Assembly: GCA_018608045.1 (NCBI GenBank)
Contig: JABBAI010000180.1
Coordinates: 15,295 to 79,294, forward strand
Direction: 5' to 3'
Origin: Octadecabacter sp.
GTDB lineage: Bacteria > Pseudomonadota > Alphaproteobacteria > Rhodobacterales > Rhodobacteraceae
DNA: 64,000 nt
The position numbers and the translations under genes were made by a program. Below are positions 52,202 through 64,000 of the stretch, one piece after another (within the stretch, counting starts at the first letter, position 1; each line of letters starts with the position of its first letter). The notes under the pieces are model-generated. The model had not been told where the DNA came from and searched no databases. It saw nothing but the letters and a program-made list of their open reading frames with translations.

Positions 52202-52991
52202 TTGCTTCTTCCTTGGCAGTTATTCGTTTTTGCGCTGGAAGCATCCAGCGCCATAATTTTGCATCCGGCAGCGGGATCACCATGAACCAGTGTTCCAGCA
52301 ACGCCAGCGCGGACAGAGAAGTGAGGAGGGCAAAGCCCGTAGCCTCGATCATTGAATTAGACGTCATAAGCAGTTGCGCGAAACATGCAGTTGCGAATGA
52401 AAGGACCGTCACTGAAAGCGGGAAAAACGCTGTTATCGGACCCTTGGTCATGTGGGTCTTAAGGTGCTGCAATGGCAGCGGTAGAAATTCGAAATTGATC
52501 CGTGGGACGCCGAAAAACAGGTTTAGTTTGGCACTAATGCGCGCGAAAAACAGGATCGCGTAGGTGCACATAGCGATAGTATTGTCAGCGCCCGTTGTGG
52601 CAATCACGATAAACGCGAGGCCGGCCAGCAACAGAACCTCGTGATAGGCCAAGGCATCCCAAGCCCGCCAGAACCGATCCGTACCAGACACGCCGTCGGG
52701 CCGATCAGCTCGTTCAGGGCCGGTGATAACGCCAGACAGGAACGACAGTTCAATCCAGCCCCAAATCGCCAACGCGCCAAAGAACCCTTTGTAAAGCCCG
52801 ATGAGGGTCGCATCGGATGTCGACAGAATTACACCTGCAACGCCCAGCGCCAGCACCGGGACCGCAAAGAACACGGCACGATTATAGGCATTGCCACCCG
52901 TCCGATCAGCCGAACGGATGACAAGCAGGATCAGCCCGGTGGCGAACCACCAAGTAAAGAGCGCGATGAGAGATGCGCCCCAAACTGACAT
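52191..52991 (-). CDS. puhE: Photosynthetic complex assembly protein PuhE
   Basis: [47 protein letters not shown]; between acsF and hemA. Confidence 0.9.
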   Translation of the reverse strand: MSVWGASLIALFTWWFATGLILLVIRSADRTGGNAYNRAVFFAVPVLALGVAGVILSTSDATLIGLYKGFFGALAIWGWIELSFLSGVITGPERADRPDGVSGTDRFWRAWDALAYHEVLLLAGLAFIVIATTGADNTIAMCTYAILFFARISAKLNLFFGVPRINFEFLPLPLQHLKTHMTKGPITAFFPLSVTVLSFATACFAQLLMTSNSMIEATGFALLTSLSALALLEHWFMVIPLPDAKLWRWMLPAQKRITAKEEANGL

Positions 52992-54118
52992 TAATACGCA
53001 GGCTTCATAAGGGTTTCCTGTGGAACGTCGTGTTTGATCGCGGGGATCGTATAAAGGGACACAAACGCTAATGCGGCCTTTGCCGAACCGGCGATGTTGC
53101 CAAAGAATCCACCAACGCCGCCGGCCTTTTTAGCGCGCGCAATTTGCACGTTGGCTTTTTGCATCCGTTCAAGATTTTTCTGCCAACGGGGGTGTTCAAT
53201 ATCCACCATCAGCGGGAACACCTGGCCCGTCAGCGCAGACGTTTTTGTGAACACCTCATGGGCATACCAGTCGGGATCAACGCCCAGCGCTTTGTGGAAT
53301 TCAGGGCGCTGGTGATCGCGCACGTACATCGTGGAATAGACCGCCGTCAGGAAAAATTTGATCCACAGTTTGTTGGAATATTTTTCCGTCAACGCGGGGT
53401 CTGTTTTCATCAGGAGGGCAAAGGCCTCACCGTGTGAAAACTCATCGTTGCACCATTCCTCAAACCATTTGAAAATCGGGTGGAACCGATATTCGGGATG
53501 CTTTTCAAGGTGGCGGAAGATCGTGATGTAGCGCGCATAGCCGATCTTCTCGGACAGGTAGGTCGCGTAGTAAATGAACTTGGGCCGGAAGTAGGTGTAC
53601 TTCTTGGATTGCGTCAAAAACCCGAGGTTCACCGCAATGCCAGCTTCGCGCAGGGCATCGTTGATGAACCCGGCATGACGGGCTTCGTCACGGGCCATCA
53701 ATTGGAACAGCTGCGTGATATCGGGGTTCGATCCGCGGCGTTTCATTTCTTTGTACAGCACACAGCCGGAAAATTCCGCCGTGCAGGATGAAATCAGGAA
53801 ATCGATGAACTCACGCTTGAGTTTCGGCTCCATGCCATCCCAATCGACCTTGTCCCAATCAGCGTTCTTTTTAAAATGGCCCTTATTCGGATCAGATACC
53901 ATCTGTGCGATCAGCTTGTCCCAGTCCTCACGAACGGGGGTCACGTCGATCTTGTCCATCTCGTCAAAGTCAGTGGTGTAGAACCGCGGCGTCAGAAGTG
54001 TGTTCTGCATCGCAACGGCTGTAGCATCTTCGTTCGTCAACGGCGGCAGCGCCTCTTGAAGGGCGATCGCCTCTTCTGCAGTGGCCGCACCGGATGAATG
54101 TTTTGCTTGGACGTTCAT
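52991..54118 (-). CDS. acsF: O2-dependent Mg-protoporphyrin IX monomethyl ester cyclase
   Basis: LLTPRFYTTDF, SCTAEFSG, RDEARHAG, YLSEKIGYARY, WCNDEFSHG di-iron motifs. Confidence 0.97.
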   Translation of the reverse strand: MNVQAKHSSGAATAEEAIALQEALPPLTNEDATAVAMQNTLLTPRFYTTDFDEMDKIDVTPVREDWDKLIAQMVSDPNKGHFKKNADWDKVDWDGMEPKLKREFIDFLISSCTAEFSGCVLYKEMKRRGSNPDITQLFQLMARDEARHAGFINDALREAGIAVNLGFLTQSKKYTYFRPKFIYYATYLSEKIGYARYITIFRHLEKHPEYRFHPIFKWFEEWCNDEFSHGEAFALLMKTDPALTEKYSNKLWIKFFLTAVYSTMYVRDHQRPEFHKALGVDPDWYAHEVFTKTSALTGQVFPLMVDIEHPRWQKNLERMQKANVQIARAKKAGGVGGFFGNIAGSAKAALAFVSLYTIPAIKHDVPQETLMKPAY

Positions 54119-54411
54119 GCCATCACCTCATCGCTAAACGAAAACTCGCACAGTTCCATGAATTCAAAATCACCTGTGGCGCGGGTCCACATGCGTTCGA
54201 TTCCAGATGCACGGGTGATCGTGGCCATGCGTTCTTCTTCGATAATTTCACCGAACGGGGCCATGATTTCAGCACCATGCACCAAAACGCTGTCACCCGG
54301 TCCGATGACCGATCCATCAGTAAATTTCACATGCGCGGACAATTCTTCGAAACGATGGCTAATCGTAACGATGCAAGGCACCTGTTCTTTGGTTCGTGTC
54401 AAAAGGCCCAT
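54115..54411 (-). CDS. bciE: Cyclase accessory protein BciE (small conserved ORF upstream of acsF)
   Basis: 98 aa, LSAHVKF..GPGDSVLVHG, ERMWTRATGDFEFMELCEFSFS; position matches the alphaproteobacterial bciE slot. Confidence 0.7.
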   Translation of the reverse strand: MGLLTRTKEQVPCIVTISHRFEELSAHVKFTDGSVIGPGDSVLVHGAEIMAPFGEIIEEERMATITRASGIERMWTRATGDFEFMELCEFSFSDEVMA

Positions 54412-54435
54412 GAGGGTTCCCTCCTTTTAAGTGTT

Positions 54436-54894
54436 TCAGTCGAGCAGATCGGCGAAAGCTGCTACATTGTCGGCACCATACCCGATCAATTCCATTGACC
54501 AACCTGTCGCGGGGTCATGAATACCGTAGGTGCCACTTTCTCTTTTCAGAATAGTCAGCGGTGTGTCGTTAGGCAATCCAGCGACCAGACGTTCGCGTTT
54601 TACTGCGATGCCAATCACACCAATGAAACCCATCAGATCATCACCCGATGCCGCGATGCGATTGTCGTCCATGTCAAATACCGTCGACACGCCTTCGCGC
54701 GAACTGACGAATTGAACCTGAATTTCCTGAACCGCAGGAGTTTTCTGAAAGACTGCACTTTGCGGCACGTCTGTCCACTGGGCGTAGGCCACCAAGGCCA
54801 ATGCGGCGAACATCAGACCAAACATGGATCGGACCAAAAACAGCGGGACCATATCGCGGTCGCGGTGTTTCATTTGTTGTTCAAGTGCTGACAT
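54436..54894 (-). CDS. puhC: Photosynthetic complex assembly protein PuhC
   Basis: One TM segment, GFIGVI..RER, DPATGWSMELIGYGADNVAAF; follows puhB. Confidence 0.88.
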   Translation of the reverse strand: MSALEQQMKHRDRDMVPLFLVRSMFGLMFAALALVAYAQWTDVPQSAVFQKTPAVQEIQVQFVSSREGVSTVFDMDDNRIAASGDDLMGFIGVIGIAVKRERLVAGLPNDTPLTILKRESGTYGIHDPATGWSMELIGYGADNVAAFADLLD

Positions 54895-54899
54895 TTGAA

Positions 54900-55532
54900 T
54901 TACTCCGCTGCGACGGCGTTGACGATATTTGCACGCTCAACTTTGGGTTCGAAAACACGTGCTTCGGCGGCATCCGAAAAGATTTCGGCAACCTTCGCGA
55001 CGTCCGCGATAGACCGGAAAGACGGCTGTGTTTTTGACATCTGCCATGGCTTCACATGCGGCCATGTCATCAGATAGGAAAACCGTGTATCCCCGATCAA
55101 TTCAAACGCCAGTGATCCGTGACCGGATTTCTTAACATCCAAACCCGCGTTGCCGATCTGTGTGTAAGGAAGGTTCAGCGTCATCGTCAGCGCCGCCCCG
55201 ATCCGCATTGCGACGCGCTTGTTGGTCAGCGTGTAAACTGCGGAACGAGCCTGCATATAGGCCAGTCCGAAAATCAACAGGCAGCTCAGCATCCCGACCA
55301 CGATGAACGGGATGCCGTGCGCCAATGCTTCACCAAAGGACACGTAGGTGGAGGACACGCCTACGCGCCAGACTGTCAGAACAGCAAAATACCCCGCGAC
55401 CCAAGTCAGGCCCAGCGCATCACGCGCCAAACGAAGCGGCGCAGGGCTGCCTTGCCAAAGGATGTGTTCCCCCTCTGGCAGGGCTTCTGGCAAACCTCTT
55501 ACGGGTTCAAACTTGAAATCATCGTGGGACAT
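54900..55532 (-). CDS. puhB: Photosynthetic complex assembly protein PuhB
   Basis: EPVRGLPEALPEGEHILWQGSP, YTLTNKRVAMRIGAAL, WPHVKPW. Confidence 0.92.
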   Translation of the reverse strand: MSHDDFKFEPVRGLPEALPEGEHILWQGSPAPLRLARDALGLTWVAGYFAVLTVWRVGVSSTYVSFGEALAHGIPFIVVGMLSCLLIFGLAYMQARSAVYTLTNKRVAMRIGAALTMTLNLPYTQIGNAGLDVKKSGHGSLAFELIGDTRFSYLMTWPHVKPWQMSKTQPSFRSIADVAKVAEIFSDAAEARVFEPKVERANIVNAVAAE

Positions 55533-55556
55533 GTGTCCGTCCTTTCTGTGTTGGCT

Positions 55557-56330
55557 TCAGAGTTGCGGTTCTAGGCGCGCTTCAGAAGCATAGAGAGTGC
55601 CACCAGCGTAGTAGGCCATGATTTTCTCTTCTTCGAGAAGCGTGACCTGATCGGCAGCTTTGATTGTCGGGATGCCCTCAAAATTGTGGGCAAACAGGGA
55701 CCGCACAACGATGCGGTCGGATTTAACACGGCACATGTTCATCGGGATCAGACGGGTTTTGCCTGTGCCTTCCGGGTTCAGATCGAGCGTCAAGAAACGA
55801 ACCATCGCTTCTGGCACATCGATCCACATGTCCGTCACGCGGCCAATAACTTCGCCGTCACCAGACACCACAACTTTGCCGCGTGGGTCGTGCCCGGCGG
55901 TATGTGCAAAATCGGGCAACATGCTCATCGGTTTGATCTTGATGTGTCCGTGACCGTCAAGTTCCGGCACGTCGCGACGTGGTGCCCAAGATGCGGGTCC
56001 GACACCATCAATCATTGGATCGCCCGTTGGTACGAACGGGGAGCCTGCTGCCTTGGATGTCCGTGCAAGTGCGAGATCTGAACGATCACCGCGTGCGCCG
56101 GATGGGACAGTCAAAGACCCACGACTGTGGGGCAAGTTGAATGTCTTGTCCTTGGGCAAAGGGAACGGCCCTTGGTTCGGTGCGATGTTTCCATCGTCGT
56201 CCTCAAGCTCATATCCTTCGCGCATGTTTTCGGTCTGGAGGTAGTACACCAGTCCGGCAAAAAAGAGCCAAAAGAGCCAGATCGCGGCAGATGCAAGATC
56301 AAAATTTCCAAAAAAGTCTACGCCAACCAT
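55557..56330 (-). CDS. puhA: Photosynthetic reaction centre H subunit
   Basis: [64 protein letters not shown]. Confidence 0.96.
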   Translation of the reverse strand: MVGVDFFGNFDLASAAIWLFWLFFAGLVYYLQTENMREGYELEDDDGNIAPNQGPFPLPKDKTFNLPHSRGSLTVPSGARGDRSDLALARTSKAAGSPFVPTGDPMIDGVGPASWAPRRDVPELDGHGHIKIKPMSMLPDFAHTAGHDPRGKVVVSGDGEVIGRVTDMWIDVPEAMVRFLTLDLNPEGTGKTRLIPMNMCRVKSDRIVVRSLFAHNFEGIPTIKAADQVTLLEEEKIMAYYAGGTLYASEARLEPQL

Positions 56331-56346
56331 GGGTATGTCCTCCGTA

Positions 56347-57780
56347 TTAGGTCGGGAAGTCCGCAAGGCCGAACTGGGCCTCGCGTGCTTCTGATATTGC
56401 CTTGACCCGCACAAGCGGCCCCAAAGCAATGAGGGTTAAGAAAAGCAGTCCGATCTCGGTGTGATAGACAACCGAATATCCTGTGGCAGGCGTGGCGAGC
56501 GCCTCCCCGAAGGTTCCCTGTAGTGCAAGTGATCCAACAACGTCCCGAAGGCCGCCCCCGATCACCGTCGAAAGCCCGGCGGCAGTGGCCTGAGCGGCCC
56601 CCCACGCACCAAGCGCAAGCCCGCGTCCGGCGATCCCTTTGGCAGGCATCGTCATAGCGGCCGTTAAGGTGGCAACGGAAAACAAGCCGCCCCCCAACCC
56701 GATGGCAAACGCGCCACCGAAAAACATATAAGTAGAATTAAGCGGCGCGGCGAAAATCACCGCAGTAAAGGCAATCAGCCCGACCAACAGACCACGGCCC
56801 GCGATACGGTAGGGATCAGTCGATTTGGCCAGCCATTTCGCAGCAGCTGCAAAACCAAGAAGCGCGCCAATGGCCCAAGCTGCCGTCAAAAGCGTCGTAG
56901 ACGACACGGACAGCCCAAGGATTTCGCCACCATAAGGTTCCAGCAAAACGTCCTGCATGTTGAACGCCATCGTTCCAAGGAACACGACAACCAACAAACG
57001 CCCGGCACTGCCGCCAGACATCAGATCATCCCATGCATCCGAAAACGTAGGCTTGGGTGCCGCACGTTCTTCGCGCGTCATCGGTTTGACTTTTTCCTGC
57101 TTCCACAGGGCTGTCAGGTTCAACAATGCGGTTACAACAGCCGCGCCTTGCACGACTTGCACCAGCTTCAATTCCGAAAAATCGCGCAGCAGCGTGCCAA
57201 TGATGATTGCAGACAACAACATCCCGACCAAGAACATCACGTATAAAAGGGCAACGACCCGTGGGCGGGTCTCATCATCTGCACGATCCGCAGCAAGCGC
57301 GAGGCCAGCCGTCTGCGTCATATGCATGCCAATGCCCGTCAGAAGGAATGCGAGGCCAGCTGCAAACTGGCGCGCGCCTTCGGGGATATCAACGGCGGTA
57401 TTGCCCGACAAGACCAGTAGCGCCATGGGCATGATCGCAAGGCCACCAAACTGCCACAACGTGCCAAACCAAAGATACGGGATACGCTTCCAACCGATCG
57501 CGCTGCGATAGGTATCGGACTTGAAACCGAGCAATGCGCGAAAGGGTGCTGCCAAAACCGGAATGGCAATCATGATTGCCACGATCAACGCAGGCACACC
57601 CAATTCCACGATCATCACGCGGTTCAATGTGCCAAGTAACATCACACCCGCCATACCGACGGACACTTGGAACAATGACAAACGCAACAGCTGGCGCAGC
57701 GGTAGACCTTCGGACGCTGCATCCGCGAACGGAAGCATTTTTAGCGTTACTTTTTGAAGGTCAGCCGCACGGAAAATCAT
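56347..57780 (-). CDS. lhaA: PucC-family LH1 assembly factor
   Basis: [53 protein letters not shown]; between bchM and puhA. Confidence 0.92.
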   Translation of the reverse strand: MIFRAADLQKVTLKMLPFADAASEGLPLRQLLRLSLFQVSVGMAGVMLLGTLNRVMIVELGVPALIVAIMIAIPVLAAPFRALLGFKSDTYRSAIGWKRIPYLWFGTLWQFGGLAIMPMALLVLSGNTAVDIPEGARQFAAGLAFLLTGIGMHMTQTAGLALAADRADDETRPRVVALLYVMFLVGMLLSAIIIGTLLRDFSELKLVQVVQGAAVVTALLNLTALWKQEKVKPMTREERAAPKPTFSDAWDDLMSGGSAGRLLVVVFLGTMAFNMQDVLLEPYGGEILGLSVSSTTLLTAAWAIGALLGFAAAAKWLAKSTDPYRIAGRGLLVGLIAFTAVIFAAPLNSTYMFFGGAFAIGLGGGLFSVATLTAAMTMPAKGIAGRGLALGAWGAAQATAAGLSTVIGGGLRDVVGSLALQGTFGEALATPATGYSVVYHTEIGLLFLTLIALGPLVRVKAISEAREAQFGLADFPT

Positions 57781-58462
57781 GGACGACCCCCGAACCGCAA
57801 ACACTGCGAAATATAAAAACCGGATGCCACACGCTCGACCTCGGCCAGCCTACCTTGAACGCCAGCAATCCGCAGATCGTTGCTAAGTTTTTCTGTCTTG
57901 TGCGGGATCATAACAGGCGATCTGTCAGAGCGCGGGAACAGTTTACCCACCCGAAACATCGCCATCAAAAGCGGCGTGCGCGGGGCGACTGTAAAGATAA
58001 ACTTGCCGCGGATGCGGCCCTCGTTTGCCTTCAAAAGGCTCACCAGCATGTCATCGGAATAATAGATCATCGAATCCATCGCGACCGCGTGATCAAATGT
58101 GCCGTGCGCACTGTCGAGCATATCACCCGCATGAAACGTAATCTGTTTACGAAGACGATCGGGGCAACGGGCTTCGGCAATCTTGATCAGCTCAGGCGCG
58201 ATATCAATCGCTACCACCTCTGCGCCACGTTCCGCCAAAGCGACCGCCTTCGCACCCGTACCGCACCCTGCATCCAGAACACGCAGGCCCGTCAGATCAG
58301 CAGGTAATTGATTCAACATAATATCGCGCATCTTGTCGCGACCAGCCCGCACAGTCGCACGAATACCAGACACGGGCTCGTCCGATGTCAGACGCTCCCA
58401 TACCTTGGTCGCGGACTTGTCGAAGTATGTTTCGACACGGTCTCTGGTCGCTTCATATGTCA

Positions 58463-58463
<1 letters not shown>
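57777..58463 (-). CDS. bchM: Mg-protoporphyrin IX methyltransferase
   Basis: VETYFD, IRATVRAGRD, VLDAGCGTG, AMDSMIYY, FPRSDRSP. Confidence 0.95.
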
Positions 58464-62914
<4,451 letters not shown>

Positions 62915-62925
<11 letters not shown>

Positions 62926-64000
62926 AGTGTGCCTTGGCCTCATATAAAGTGTCTTTGGAAATCTCGTTCAGGCCTTTTTCAGCCGCGAAGGATTCAGTGT
63001 TCCGACGGGCCTTGCCGCGTACAAAGAAGGGGATTTTTCGCAATTCTTTTTCCGCATCGGCAAGCCAGATGACGTTGTCTGATGTGACAGTTTGAACCGC
63101 CTCGACTTGCTCAACGCGCGCCGTTGCCTGAGCACCATGATGCGACGGTCCCGCATCATCATGAAATTCAAAATCATCGCGGAACATATGCAACAAATGT
63201 TCTTCAAGACCCATTACAAGCGGGTGAACCCACGTATCAAACATCACATTCGCACCCTCAAACCCCATTTGAGGGGAGTAGCGCGCTGGGAAATCCTGAA
63301 CATGGACGGGCGCGGAAATCACGGCGCAGGGGATGCCAAGGCGCTTGCCAATATGGCGCTCCATCTGCGTGCCGAGGATCATTTCTGGCTGAAGCTTTTC
63401 AATCGCTTCCTCGACCTCAAGGTAATCATCGGTGATCAACGCTTCAACGCCGTATTCTTTGGCTGTTGCACGAATATCGCGGGCCATTTCGCGGTTGAAA
63501 CAGCCAATGCCGACGACTTCGAAACCCATCTCGTCGCGCGCAATCCGTGCGGCGGCTTTTACGTGGGTACCGTCACCAAAGATGAACACGCGTTTGCCGG
63601 TCAGATATGTAGAATCGACGGATGCCGCATACCAAGGTTGGCGCAAGCGAGTTTCGTCGATCAAAGCTGGACGCCCAGTGATCGCAGCAACCTCAGCGAT
63701 GAAATCACGTGTGGCACCAACACCGATTGGCACGACTTTGGTGTAGGGCTGGTCAAGGTTAGTTTCACACCACCGCGCCGCGGCTTCTGCCGTTTCAGGG
63801 TACATCAACACATTGAAATGCGCCGCACCCATACGCGCGATGTCTGTCGGGGTGGAATTCATTGGCGCGCAAACATTCACGTCGATGCCCATTTCGGACA
63901 ACAGGCCTGTCAGTTCTTCAATATCATCACGGTGACGGAAGCCGAGGGCGGTTGGCCCGATCAGATTACACGTGATGCGCTTCGTGCGCTCCATCGGTTT
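62915..64000 (-). CDS. bchB: Dark-operative protochlorophyllide reductase subunit B (5' part outside the window)
   Basis: [46 protein letters not shown]-red tail [15 protein letters not shown]. Confidence 0.96.

Overview
Chromosomal window from an aerobic anoxygenic phototroph of the Rhodobacterales (Roseobacter-group-like; inferred from gene content and order). From left to right it holds: serC'/serA; the selenium pair mnmH and an oxidoreductase-fused selD; a MacB/FtsX-type ABC system with a secreted lipocalin-like partner; yaaA, recQ, mepA, a YhhQ queuosine-precursor transporter and arfB; a solitary DUF2793 (GTA tail-fibre-like) gene; pncA/pncB and trhO; the rpsT-dnaA-dnaN-recF-gyrB block; mutM and ubiE/ubiB; a scar left by a deleted flagellar cluster (fliK tail plus a doubly inactivated flgD); a GcvT-family dehydrogenase with an MttB-family gene; msrBA; a YnjBCD/F-like transporter; and the bchB-H-L-M-lhaA-puhABC-bciE-acsF-puhE-hemA-cycA arm of the photosynthesis gene cluster. 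The two features least explained by standard annotation are non-coding and flank yhhQ. One is a 5' leader with two mutually exclusive folds, one of which hides the RBS (candidate queuosine-pathway riboswitch). The other is a ~170-nt terminated unit with a 13-nt perfect complement of the 16S rRNA 3' tail, an 18-codon ORF and an internal anti-SD. All calls come from reading motifs by eye; no database searches or folding programs were run.
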